Assembly (NCBI GenBank): GCA_038110535.1
Contig: JAYNJW010000008.1
Coordinates: 1,446-65,445, forward strand
From: Opitutia bacterium
Lineage (GTDB): Bacteria; Verrucomicrobiota; Verrucomicrobiia; Opitutales; Seribacteraceae
Length of the DNA stretch: 64,000 nt
Reading direction: 5' to 3'
Position 1 is the stretch's first letter. Each line of letters opens with the position of its first letter. The notes below the pieces were generated by a model, which did not search any database, was not told where the DNA came from, and saw only the letters and a list, made by a program, of their open reading frames with translations. Both the position numbers and the translations under genes were made by a program. This document shows, piece after piece, positions 26,365 through 35,843 of the stretch.

Positions 26365-28557
26365 ATGATTGACGATCCTTCGTTTGAAAATCTGAGAGAA
26401 TCCTCAAAGGATGGAGCGGAGCCGACTTTTGCTTCGATGGACTGGTGGCCCAATCTTTCTGATTTGGACAGATTAAATGTGCTCAATCATCCCACGGAGG
26501 ATCGGGCAAGGATACTTGCGTCGAAAGTCTCCTTGAGCGTTGAGGAAACGATGCAGGCAATGTCTGATCTCACCGGAATTCCTCTGGTGGATGATTATGA
26601 GCTTTCGGAAATTCCTACTAAGCTAATCCCCCTTCGCCTGATTCATTCCTTCTGTTGCCTGCCTATCAAACAATCAAAGCATGCTCAGGATTCCCCTGAT
26701 ACATTCAAGGTGTTATGGATCGAGTCTGATGAAGTAAAGTTATCCAATATCTCGGGGAGTATTAGTGACCGATTTGATGTGGTTTGTGCTTCCAGTGCGG
26801 AAGAAGCTGTAAGTAGATTCAAGCAGATAGCCAATATTGCAATTGTGGTTTCCCCTTTTCGAATTCAAGGAATTAGTGGAATAGATCTGCTCAGCCAATT
26901 GAGGGAGGAGCGACCGGAAGTCATTACTGTGTTGCTTGCCTCTCAGCACGATCTTGCCAGCAAGCAATCTTTGGATGCGGAAAACCGAGTTTTTAAGGTT
27001 ATGTATGCTCGGAGTGGGCAGGGTCGGGATGAGTTTAGTCCCAAAGACATTGCCAATGTGTTAGCAGATTGTGCTTCGGAATGCCAAAGGGAAAAAATTA
27101 ACTCCATCTACGACCCTGAGTCGGATGAGCGCTTGCACCTGCTAACCGCCTGGCCCCCCACGGATCGAATGAGCCGATGGGTCTATGCGGTTTCAGGAAA
27201 GAAACCAGTCTGGTTTCTTGGTATGCCAGACAGAATTCTCGGTGCGATTACTGAAAATTTTGGCATAGGGGCAGATAGCTTGGATGAGTCCGACTTCGAT
27301 TTGGACGAGGAGCAAGATCAACAAGACGATATCGAAGACCAAAATGCAGCCATTATTAGGTTTGTGAATGAAGTCATCCAAAAGGCCATCGTGGATCGGG
27401 CGACTGATATTCATTTCGAACCCCACAAAGAGACCCTGCAAATCCGTTACCGGATTGATGGACAATTGGTGCCGGTTCGTGTTCCAGACAATTTGAGGAA
27501 TTTTCAGGACGCGATCATTTCCCGCATCAAGATAATGAGTGCCATAAACATATCGGAAAAGCGTCGCCCTCAGGGGGGGCGGATCACTTTTACGATGGGG
27601 CAAAGTGATCTGGATATCCGTGTTTCCACTCTGCCCACCTTATACGGGGAAAGTATTAGTTTACGCTTGCTCAACGAAAAGTCCCAACCTCTTTCCATGC
27701 GTGAACTGGGCCTGCATACCCAAGATGAAAACAAGATCGTTGCTGTTTTGGAAAAACCCCACGGGATCGTCCTTGTTACCGGGCCCACAGGATCAGGGAA
27801 ATCCACATCCCTCACTGCGTTCATCCGTAAAATTCACAAGCCGGAAAGACGGATCATGACGGTCGAAGATCCAGTTGAGTATGAGGTCTCCGGGGTAAAC
27901 CAGACGCAGGTTAATTCCGAGATTGGCTTTTCCTTTGCCAGTGCCTTACGGGAAATTCTCCGTCAGGATCCTGATGTGATCATGGTCGGAGAAATTCGCG
28001 ACCGGGAGACGGCTGATATTGCTATCCGTGCCTCTCTTACCGGTCATTTGGTTTTAAGTACCTTGCATACCAACGACGCACCTGGTGCCATCACTCGGTT
28101 GATTGATATGGACATCGAACCGTTCCTGATTGCATCATCGGTTGAAATGGTGATTGCTCAGCGTTTGGTTCGCAGGTTGTGCACTGCTTGCGCTTCACCG
28201 CAAAATATTTCTGAGTCGGACTTGAAAGCTTCCCTGTCCTTGCTCGAAATCGATCCTACTGAGGTCATTCATTTGGATAAAGTACTCCAAGCCAATGGAT
28301 GTAATAAATGTCAGAATCTCGGGTTTCATGGAAGAGTGGGGATTTTCGAATTGATGAGAATGAGCGATGATATTCATGGTTTGATCATTAAGAGTGCCTC
28401 AGCTCCTGAGATAAGAGATGTTGCCCTCAGGCAAGGAATGACCACCTTGCAACAAAGTGGTTGGGCTCAAATTAAGCGTGGTTTGACCAGCCTAAGCGAG
28501 GTGGTCAGATATGCTGATATCTTTGCTGAAGAAACTGTTGAGGATGTATCACCTTGA
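26365..28557 (+). CDS. gspE: type II secretion ATPase GspE with inserted CheY-like (pseudo-receiver) domain
   Basis: Walker [10 protein letters not shown], Asp box/Walker [13 protein letters not shown], His box [10 protein letters not shown], tetracysteine CTAC...CNKC. 730 aa, against about 500 aa that I recall for canonical GspE. See the finding for the insertion. Confidence 0.93.
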   Translation: MIDDPSFENLRESSKDGAEPTFASMDWWPNLSDLDRLNVLNHPTEDRARILASKVSLSVEETMQAMSDLTGIPLVDDYELSEIPTKLIPLRLIHSFCCLPIKQSKHAQDSPDTFKVLWIESDEVKLSNISGSISDRFDVVCASSAEEAVSRFKQIANIAIVVSPFRIQGISGIDLLSQLREERPEVITVLLASQHDLASKQSLDAENRVFKVMYARSGQGRDEFSPKDIANVLADCASECQREKINSIYDPESDERLHLLTAWPPTDRMSRWVYAVSGKKPVWFLGMPDRILGAITENFGIGADSLDESDFDLDEEQDQQDDIEDQNAAIIRFVNEVIQKAIVDRATDIHFEPHKETLQIRYRIDGQLVPVRVPDNLRNFQDAIISRIKIMSAINISEKRRPQGGRITFTMGQSDLDIRVSTLPTLYGESISLRLLNEKSQPLSMRELGLHTQDENKIVAVLEKPHGIVLVTGPTGSGKSTSLTAFIRKIHKPERRIMTVEDPVEYEVSGVNQTQVNSEIGFSFASALREILRQDPDVIMVGEIRDRETADIAIRASLTGHLVLSTLHTNDAPGAITRLIDMDIEPFLIASSVEMVIAQRLVRRLCTACASPQNISESDLKASLSLLEIDPTEVIHLDKVLQANGCNKCQNLGFHGRVGIFELMRMSDDIHGLIIKSASAPEIRDVALRQGMTTLQQSGWAQIKRGLTSLSEVVRYADIFAEETVEDVSP

Positions 28558-28593
28558 TCCCCACTGGCTTTGCCTTAACCAGAGGATTATGTA

Positions 28594-29844
28594 ATGGCAG
28601 AATTTGAATATTTAGCCGTAGACAAAAAAGGGAAAACCCGGACTGGTACTCTTTCGGCATCGGATGTCAAAAGTGCCCGCAGAAAAGCTATGCAATCGGG
28701 GTTGACTGTACTCAAGGTCAAAATGTCTTCCGGTCCTAATCCGGGTCCGTCCAGTCCCGGCAATCAAAAACAAAAAAGAAAAGAATCCTTGCGGTCCAAA
28801 TACAGCAACAAGGGCGAGGCAATTGGCCTGGAATTTTTAAAACGACTACTTGAACTGCATGGATCCGGGATGCCCGTTGCAGATGCGGTAAAGTTGTTAA
28901 ACCATCGTCTTTCCGACCCTCAACAGAGGAATTTGTCTGCGGTGTTGTGGAAAGAATTGGCCGAGGGTAGAACGCTCTCCCGGGCCATGCGCCAATTGCC
29001 GGGATATTTCAGTGAGTCGTCCACCTATGTAATCGAGGCGGGGGAGGCAACTGGCAATCTTGCCCCTATCTTAAGCAAGATTATTTCTCATCTCGAAGAG
29101 AAGCGCGAAATCCGCTCGCGGGTGGTAAGCGGGATGACTTATCCCTTGTTTGTGGGTCTCATGGCGATTGGTGTTGTTCTGTTCTTTCTTTTCTTTCTAC
29201 TTCCTCAAATTCAGGAAATGCTTGCGTCTTTGGGTGGGGAACTGAATTTAATGGCCCGGATTATGATTGATGGTTCAAATATGGTTTTGTTTTTCGGACC
29301 GTTTATAATTTTGGCAATTCTAATAGGGGTGGGGATTACCATGCAATGGAGCAAGACGGAAAAAGGAGGCGTTTCCTTGGATCGTTCCATGCTCAGGATT
29401 CCTCTTTTTGGCAATATTCTTCTTTTGTCCGAACTGTTTCATCTTAGTAGTTTGTTGGGCACTCTTATTTGGAGTGGCATTGGATTGACAGAAAATTTAA
29501 AGCTCTGTGAAAGAACGATCAAGAATCGCTTCCTGAGGTCTTCTTTTCGTTCCGCCCGAATTTTGGTAAATGAGGGAAAATCTCTGCCCGATGCATTTCG
29601 TAAATTCAAGCTTATGCCCGCGATGCAACTGGATGTGATTGAAGTTGGAGAAAAAACAGGAAACTTAGGAAACGGTATGGATGATATTTCCAAGGCGTTC
29701 CGGAGCCAACTGACCAAGCGAATCAAGGTTATGACAAATCTTATTTCTGGATTAGCACTGGGCTTTGCCTTCTCCTTAGTTGCTTTGGTTGCTATATCAA
29801 TTGTAACCAGTATTTTTCAGGTCAGCAAAAGCATTAGTTATTAA
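28594..29844 (+). CDS. gspF: type II secretion inner-membrane platform protein GspF
   Basis: 416 aa with a duplicated T2SSF-type domain (VIEAGEATGNL and VIEVGEKTGNL) and three TM segments. Confidence 0.92.
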   Translation: MAEFEYLAVDKKGKTRTGTLSASDVKSARRKAMQSGLTVLKVKMSSGPNPGPSSPGNQKQKRKESLRSKYSNKGEAIGLEFLKRLLELHGSGMPVADAVKLLNHRLSDPQQRNLSAVLWKELAEGRTLSRAMRQLPGYFSESSTYVIEAGEATGNLAPILSKIISHLEEKREIRSRVVSGMTYPLFVGLMAIGVVLFFLFFLLPQIQEMLASLGGELNLMARIMIDGSNMVLFFGPFIILAILIGVGITMQWSKTEKGGVSLDRSMLRIPLFGNILLLSELFHLSSLLGTLIWSGIGLTENLKLCERTIKNRFLRSSFRSARILVNEGKSLPDAFRKFKLMPAMQLDVIEVGEKTGNLGNGMDDISKAFRSQLTKRIKVMTNLISGLALGFAFSLVALVAISIVTSIFQVSKSISY

Positions 29845-29848
29845 TCTC

Positions 29849-30829
29849 ATGTCCCTTTGTAAGAAACGGATACTTTACCTAATTTTAATTTCTTTGCTCT
29901 TTGGTATTAGTTGCACCCCCGAGGAGGAGTACGAAGCTGAAGCACCTAAGGACCAAGTATCCGAAAAACTTTCAAAACTGGCAAAGTCTGGGAGGTATGT
30001 TTTTGAAGATGGTTCGCTCTATGAGGGAGAACTGGTTATGGGTTTACCGGATGGTTTTGGTACGATTGAATTCGTTTCAGGTGATCTTTACGAGGGGCAA
30101 TTTGAAAAAGGTATCTCTAACGGTTATGGGACAATGCGTTACAAAAGTGACCAAGAATTGGAAAAGTACTCGGGCAACTGGGAAAATGGGAAAAGGTCGG
30201 GCTTCGGTACTTTAACCATGTCCGACCAGTCTGTGATGGAGGGCCATTGGAAAAATGGGGCGTTGCTTTATGGCGAGTATAAAATTGTGGGCGGTGCAAT
30301 TACATATGGGAAATGGGATGGTGGAGTAGTTGAAGAAGGCAAAGTCATCCATCCAGGTGGCGATCAATTCTGCGGAAAATTCAAAGAAGACGGGACTTAT
30401 GACTTCGGCACGCTTACCTTGCCCAGTGGTGTAATTTATTTTGGTGAATTCCAAAATGGCATGTACCACGGAACCGGGGTTCTAATTGATGAATCGGGAA
30501 ATATTTACACGGGTAAATTGGTGGAGGGAGAAAAGGAAGGAGTCGGTATACTCGAAGATCTGGACGGGTCCAAATATACGGGGGAGTTCCTAGAGGGCCT
30601 ACCTCATGGAGTGGGCAGGCAGAGCGATCTTTCCGGGGTGACCTACATTGGTTCTTGGAAAGAGGGGTACAAAGATGGTTCCGGAGTCTTAGATTTTGGC
30701 GATGGCAGTACCTATGTAGGGAAGTTTGAGAATGGACTGGCAATTGATGGCATTTACGACTGGGGAGATGGGACCACCACTCGTTCCTACCAGGACGAAA
30801 ATGGTGCCTGGCAAGACTTTGATGAATGA
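29849..30829 (+). CDS. MORN-repeat lipoprotein
   Basis: Lipobox LLFGISC. About 10 Y-x-G-x-(W/F/L)-x-x-G-x-x-x-G-x-G repeats (YEGELVMGLPDGFG, YEGQFEKGISNGYG, YSGNWENGKRSGFG...). Starts 4 nt after the gspF stop. Confidence 0.85.
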   Translation: MSLCKKRILYLILISLLFGISCTPEEEYEAEAPKDQVSEKLSKLAKSGRYVFEDGSLYEGELVMGLPDGFGTIEFVSGDLYEGQFEKGISNGYGTMRYKSDQELEKYSGNWENGKRSGFGTLTMSDQSVMEGHWKNGALLYGEYKIVGGAITYGKWDGGVVEEGKVIHPGGDQFCGKFKEDGTYDFGTLTLPSGVIYFGEFQNGMYHGTGVLIDESGNIYTGKLVEGEKEGVGILEDLDGSKYTGEFLEGLPHGVGRQSDLSGVTYIGSWKEGYKDGSGVLDFGDGSTYVGKFENGLAIDGIYDWGDGTTTRSYQDENGAWQDFDE

Positions 30830-30896
30830 AGAAAAGCAAGTTAGATTGGAAGTTGCCAATGTATTCATCATTTAGGAGTATTTATGTGATTTACTA

Positions 30897-31742
30897 ATGT
30901 CTGACTCTTCAAAATTTTCATTTATGCTTTGGGGCACGAGAGGTAGCATTCCTTGTCCCGGCCCCGGTACTGTGAAATATGGAGGAAACACAACCTGTTT
31001 TGAACTAAATTGCGGGAGTCGCAGAATCATAGTGGATGCAGGAACAGGTATTCGTTTGTTGGGAAAAAAAATTATGCTGGAAGAAGGCAACCTGCTGGAT
31101 GCAGATCTTTTCTTTACCCATACCCATATGGACCACATTCAAGGTCTTCCCTTTTTTGCCCCTTTGTATAATCCGCAAAGCGATGTACGCTTACACGCAG
31201 GTCATTTGGATGGAATAACTTACGACCTTCAAGGAATTATCGGAACAATGTTAATGAAAGATCCGGTCTTTCCCGTTCCCAGTTCATTGATTGAAAAAGC
31301 CTGCAGTTTCAACGATTTTGAATGCGGAAAAGTTTTTGAGCTTGATGGTGGGGTCGCAATCCATACCGCTCCCCTCAATCATCCAAATGGTGCCTGTGGT
31401 TATCGGATTGAATACCAGAACAAAGTCATCGCGATCTGTACCGATACGGAACATTTTGAAGGCAGGCTTGATGAGAATGTTCTTTTCTTGGCAAAAGATG
31501 CGGACCTTCTGATTTATGATTCTGCCTACACGGACGAAGAATATCCCAAGTTTAAGGGGTGGGGACACTCTACTTGGCAGGAAGCAATCAAGATTGCCCG
31601 AGCCGCTTCGGTTAAGCAAACCCTGCTCTTTCATCACGACCCGTCACACGATGACCAAAAAATGGATGAAATAGCAAAACTAGCCCAAGAGGAATTATCT
31701 AGTGTGCGGCCAGCGATTGAGGGCGAGCTGATTCATCTCTGA
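30897..31742 (+). CDS. MBL-fold metallo-hydrolase
   Basis: FTHTHMDHIQG (HxHxDH) and later His/Asp ligands. 281 aa. Confidence 0.85.
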   Translation: MSDSSKFSFMLWGTRGSIPCPGPGTVKYGGNTTCFELNCGSRRIIVDAGTGIRLLGKKIMLEEGNLLDADLFFTHTHMDHIQGLPFFAPLYNPQSDVRLHAGHLDGITYDLQGIIGTMLMKDPVFPVPSSLIEKACSFNDFECGKVFELDGGVAIHTAPLNHPNGACGYRIEYQNKVIAICTDTEHFEGRLDENVLFLAKDADLLIYDSAYTDEEYPKFKGWGHSTWQEAIKIARAASVKQTLLFHHDPSHDDQKMDEIAKLAQEELSSVRPAIEGELIHL

Positions 31743-31747
31743 TTGCA

Positions 31748-32524
31748 CTAATACTGTTCAATTACTTTTCCGCCTTTCCCCAGATTTTTAAGAACCCTGC
31801 CCCTTGGTTTTTCAAGAAGGTGCAAATGACCAGTGCCAAATATTTGGGCGTCCAGCCACTCGCTGGGTGCAATCATGATGGGACCATTTCCATAATGGCG
31901 AATGACTGCTTTATCCAAAAACAATTCTTCACCGAGCAGGGAACCATCTCCATAAATTTTGGCTTCCAGTTCAATCACTTCGCGACCTTTAAGAACGATG
32001 TCCCCCTTGCTCTCCTGCCTGATAGCAATCTTTTCAAACTTCGAATTTGTCAGATGAAGGGAGCCGGTGGAATTATGATACAGTTTGAAATCATGACCGG
32101 ATAGGTTGTTCAGTCTTGCGCTTGAATTTTCGAGCAGCCTCAACTCCTTTAATTCATCAATGGAAACAATAACCTCAATTGGGAAGGTTCTTTGGGCACT
32201 TAATCGTAAAAGCGGGATTCTGCGTGATAGCAGAAATGAATTATTGGCATCCAAAAACAAAGTCCTGTTTTCCACCTTTGCTGTGACCGATTCAATAATG
32301 GAGGAGTCGGCAAAATATTCAACTTGGCGGTTTCTTTTCCCCGGCTCGACAAAAAGAGTCAGGGCACCCCGGGCCTCTATCTTATCGAAATGAAAGGCGA
32401 GCAAACGCTTCGATTCAACCGCTCCGTTGAGGTTTGGGGAAACCATGCCCCCATCCATTTTCCCCCATAAGAAAAGTACCAAGGCTAGAAACCTATATTT
32501 TTTTTTGACGTTTTTTATTCCCAT
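31748..32524 (-). CDS. secreted DUF2807-like (adhesin head GIN-type) beta-helix protein
   Basis: ATG at 32524 gives the signal-like MGIKNVKKKYRFLALVLFLWG. Repeated G-x-G-x-L/I beta-strand units (GDGSLLGEELFLDKAVIRHYGNGPIMI...IFGTGHLHL). Confidence 0.6.
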   Translation of the reverse strand: MGIKNVKKKYRFLALVLFLWGKMDGGMVSPNLNGAVESKRLLAFHFDKIEARGALTLFVEPGKRNRQVEYFADSSIIESVTAKVENRTLFLDANNSFLLSRRIPLLRLSAQRTFPIEVIVSIDELKELRLLENSSARLNNLSGHDFKLYHNSTGSLHLTNSKFEKIAIRQESKGDIVLKGREVIELEAKIYGDGSLLGEELFLDKAVIRHYGNGPIMIAPSEWLDAQIFGTGHLHLLEKPRGRVLKNLGKGGKVIEQY

Positions 32525-34517
32525 ATTTTTTTCTTCTGCCGGTGGCAGCCTTGGGAGGCATGGATCCATCCTTCAAAAAACTTATTTGATCACGGAGTAA
32601 AGCTGCTTTTTCAAATTCAAGTTTTCTGACCGCTTCAAACATTTCTTTTTCTAATTGTTTGACCAATCTTTTCACTTCCTGAGGAGAGTTCTTTTCTGAA
32701 ACTGCAAGTTCTTCTAGCTCGTCTTTGGGAGAAGATCGTAAACTTTCCTGTACCGGACGAGAGACGCTTTTGGGAGTGATCCCATGCAGTTGATTATAGG
32801 CCAGCTGTTTTTCCCGGCGGTATTGGCATACATCCCATGCCGCTTGCAGGGATTTGGTCATTACATCTGCATAGAAAATAACCCGGCCCATTTCATGCCT
32901 GGCCGCACGACCCGCAGTTTGGATAAGGCTAGTTTCACTGCGAAGGAATCCTTCCTTGTCTGCATCAAGTACGGACACAAGTTCAACTTCAGGAAGGTCG
33001 AGACCCTCCCGTAATAAATTAACTCCCACGATTACATCATAGGCTCCCGCACGGAGATTGCGCAAAATTTCAACCCGCTCAATTGCATCCACATCTGAAT
33101 GCAGGTATTCCACTTTAATATCCCTTTCGCGCAAATACTCGGTAAGATCTTCAGACATTCTCTTCGTCAGGGTGGTTACCAATGCTCGGTTCCCTCGGGT
33201 GACCACCTTTTTAATTTCTCCAATACAATCCTCCACTTGGCCCGTAATCGCACGAATCTCCATCTCCGGGTCAAGCAAACCAGTCGGGCGGATCACCTGC
33301 TCTGCCACAACTTCACTTTTTTCAAGTTCGACTTTTCCGGGTGTGGCAGAAACATAAATGGTTTGACCTGTAATCTGCTCAAATTCATCTGGTTTTAAGG
33401 GTCGGTTATCCAAGGCAGAAGGTAAGCGAAATCCATATTCAACGAGCTTTTTTTTACGGGAAAAATCACCGTGATACATTCCTCCAATTTGAGGAATGGT
33501 CACATGGCTCTCATCAATAAAAAGAAGAAAATCCTTGGGAAAAAAATCGATCAAGCAGGAGGGGCGTTGTCCTGCTTTGCGCTGGGAGAGGTGGCGGGAA
33601 TAATTTTCGATCCCGTTACAAAACCCAATTTCACGCAACATTTCCAGATCATATTCGGTTCGCATTCTGATTCTTTGGGCTTCCAATAGGAGGTTTTCTT
33701 GCTCAAATGTGCCCACCCGTTCCTCAAGCTCATTCTCGATTGATTTGCAGGCCTGTTCAATTTTATCACGGGTAGTGACATACTGGTTTGCCGGATAAAT
33801 TTTAAACTGTTCAAAAGAACGAATCGTTTCACCAGTCAAAGCATCGAATTCTCGCATGTTTTCAATTTCATCTCCCCAAAACTCGATACGTATGGGTTGT
33901 TCGGCATAGGCGGGAAAGATATCGACCACATCTCCCCGTACCCGAAACCTGCCCGCCCGCAAGTCCAGGTCATTGCGGTGGTAAAGTGCGGCCACTAATT
34001 GCATGAGCAGTGCATCCCGTCCGATAGTTGCACCCCGAACCAGTTCAACAGATAGTTCCCGAAAGTCATCGGGCGATCCCAGCCCGTAAATACAGGAGAC
34101 ACTGGCAACAACAATTACATCATTGCGGCTAATGAGGGAGCCAGTCGTCGCAAGCCTAAGTCGCTCGATCTCCTCATTAATCGAAGAGTCTTTCTCGATA
34201 AAAGTATCAGTGGATGGAACATAGGCTTCTGGTTGGTAATAGTCATAGTAACTCACAAAGTATTCGACCGCATTGTGGGGGAAGAAACTTTTAAATTCAG
34301 AGTATAATTGGGCGGCTAGGGTTTTATTATGTGAAATAATCAAGGCGGGTCTCTGCAGTTCCTGAATCACATTGGCCATGGTGAAAGTTTTACCTGACCC
34401 TGTCACTCCAAGGAGTGTCTGGTAATCATTACCCGACTGTAGTGAAGCAATAAGTTTTTGGATCGCTTCCGGTTGGTCTCCCTGAGGCGAGTAATCGGCA
34501 TGAAGTTGAAAATTCAC
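32493..34517 (-). CDS. uvrB: excinuclease ABC subunit B
   Basis: GDQPEAIQKL, Walker A GVTGSGKT, DESH box, UVR motif region near the C-terminus. GTG at 34517 (VNFQLHADYSPQGDQP) overlaps the upstream stop as GTGA. The track ORF extension to 34589 overlaps the transporter. Confidence 0.95.
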   Translation of the reverse strand: MNFQLHADYSPQGDQPEAIQKLIASLQSGNDYQTLLGVTGSGKTFTMANVIQELQRPALIISHNKTLAAQLYSEFKSFFPHNAVEYFVSYYDYYQPEAYVPSTDTFIEKDSSINEEIERLRLATTGSLISRNDVIVVASVSCIYGLGSPDDFRELSVELVRGATIGRDALLMQLVAALYHRNDLDLRAGRFRVRGDVVDIFPAYAEQPIRIEFWGDEIENMREFDALTGETIRSFEQFKIYPANQYVTTRDKIEQACKSIENELEERVGTFEQENLLLEAQRIRMRTEYDLEMLREIGFCNGIENYSRHLSQRKAGQRPSCLIDFFPKDFLLFIDESHVTIPQIGGMYHGDFSRKKKLVEYGFRLPSALDNRPLKPDEFEQITGQTIYVSATPGKVELEKSEVVAEQVIRPTGLLDPEMEIRAITGQVEDCIGEIKKVVTRGNRALVTTLTKRMSEDLTEYLRERDIKVEYLHSDVDAIERVEILRNLRAGAYDVIVGVNLLREGLDLPEVELVSVLDADKEGFLRSETSLIQTAGRAARHEMGRVIFYADVMTKSLQAAWDVCQYRREKQLAYNQLHGITPKSVSRPVQESLRSSPKDELEELAVSEKNSPQEVKRLVKQLEKEMFEAVRKLEFEKAALLRDQISFLKDGSMPPKAATGRRKKYGNKKRQKKI

Positions 34518-35839
34518 TTCTCTGAATAACTGGGGTTCGGGTAATATCCGGATTCGCCCTCGCTTTTTCCTATAATAGCAGCCGCACAACTATCTCCCAG
34601 GACATTAATCATGGTGCGGGACATGTCCAAAATCCGGTCCACCACATAGATCATGCCTACTCCTGTGGCAATTGCCTGGTCGTCAAATCCAACCGCCTGC
34701 AAGATGACCAATATTGCCACCAGACTGGCGGAGGGAATACCAGCAACCCCAACCGAGGTCAGCAAAGCCAAAAGCACCACAAAGAATTGAGTGGTCCATC
34801 CCATCTCAATGCCAAAGAATTGAGCGAGGAAAATGACCACCACACATTCAAAAAGAGCTGTTCCATCCATATTTAATGTTGCACCCAGAGGGAGGGTGAA
34901 ACCGGTGATTTTCTTGGATATGCCCACGCGATCATTGGCGCATTTCATGGTTACAGGAAGAGTGGCGGATGACGATGCCGTCGAAAATGCAGTGAGCAGG
35001 GCAGGGGACATTGCCCGGAAATGATCCACCGATCGAATGCCGCCGAAAATTCGAAGCAAGACGGGCAGAGTAATGAGTGCATGAATGCCCAGTGCCAGGA
35101 ATACGGTTAGAGCAAAGCCTCCCATCAGCCAAAAAGTATCCAGACCGCTCTTAGCCAAGGTAGGAGTGACCAGACCAAAAATACCAACAGGGGCAAAGCC
35201 AAGAATAAAGTGAGTGAGCTTAAGAATAATCTCCTGTAATCCTTGCCAGAACTTAACCTGAGGAGTGCGAAGATCGGGGTTGGTCCGTCCAAGGAAAAAT
35301 CCGAAGAGCAAACCAAAGCAAATAAGACCGAGTAGTTGGCCTTCTGCAGCGGCAGAAAATAGGTTGGGCGGAAGCATGCGGTGGAAAATCTCGATGAGGT
35401 TAGCCCATCCATTATCAGCAGTCTCCAAAGCCTGTTCGAGCGACCCGGTAGTAAAGGATTGCTGACTGGCCATGATTGCTTCCTTGGTTGCAGGTTCCAC
35501 CAGTCCAGGTTGTATCAAGTTAACACAGAATAAACCGGTGGCTACCGCGAGTATGCCTGTAAGCGAGTAAAGCAGAAGGGTCTTTAGCCCCAGACGGCCA
35601 AAGTCTCTTTCCCCAGCAATTTGGGACACACCACAAATGACTGAGGTTAGTACCAGTGGAATCACCACCATTTTCAAAGCATTTAAAAAGAGTTTGCCAA
35701 CAAACTCGCAGGTTTGAATTAACCAATAAATCCAGGCAGGAGATAGATCAGCCTGCTGCTGACTATTTGCCAGCAAACCGACCGTAAATGCCAGGACTAA
35801 AGAAATGAGCACTTTTTTATGAAGAGTGAGCTTGTTCAT
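34514..35839 (-). CDS. dicarboxylate/amino acid:cation symporter (DAACS family)
   Basis: 441 aa, polytopic. SSSATLPVTM and LPLGATLNMDGTAL hairpin motifs are typical of GltP/SstT-type transporters. Confidence 0.88.
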   Translation of the reverse strand: MNKLTLHKKVLISLVLAFTVGLLANSQQQADLSPAWIYWLIQTCEFVGKLFLNALKMVVIPLVLTSVICGVSQIAGERDFGRLGLKTLLLYSLTGILAVATGLFCVNLIQPGLVEPATKEAIMASQQSFTTGSLEQALETADNGWANLIEIFHRMLPPNLFSAAAEGQLLGLICFGLLFGFFLGRTNPDLRTPQVKFWQGLQEIILKLTHFILGFAPVGIFGLVTPTLAKSGLDTFWLMGGFALTVFLALGIHALITLPVLLRIFGGIRSVDHFRAMSPALLTAFSTASSSATLPVTMKCANDRVGISKKITGFTLPLGATLNMDGTALFECVVVIFLAQFFGIEMGWTTQFFVVLLALLTSVGVAGIPSASLVAILVILQAVGFDDQAIATGVGMIYVVDRILDMSRTMINVLGDSCAAAIIGKSEGESGYYPNPSYSEK

Positions 35840-35843
35840 TCAA

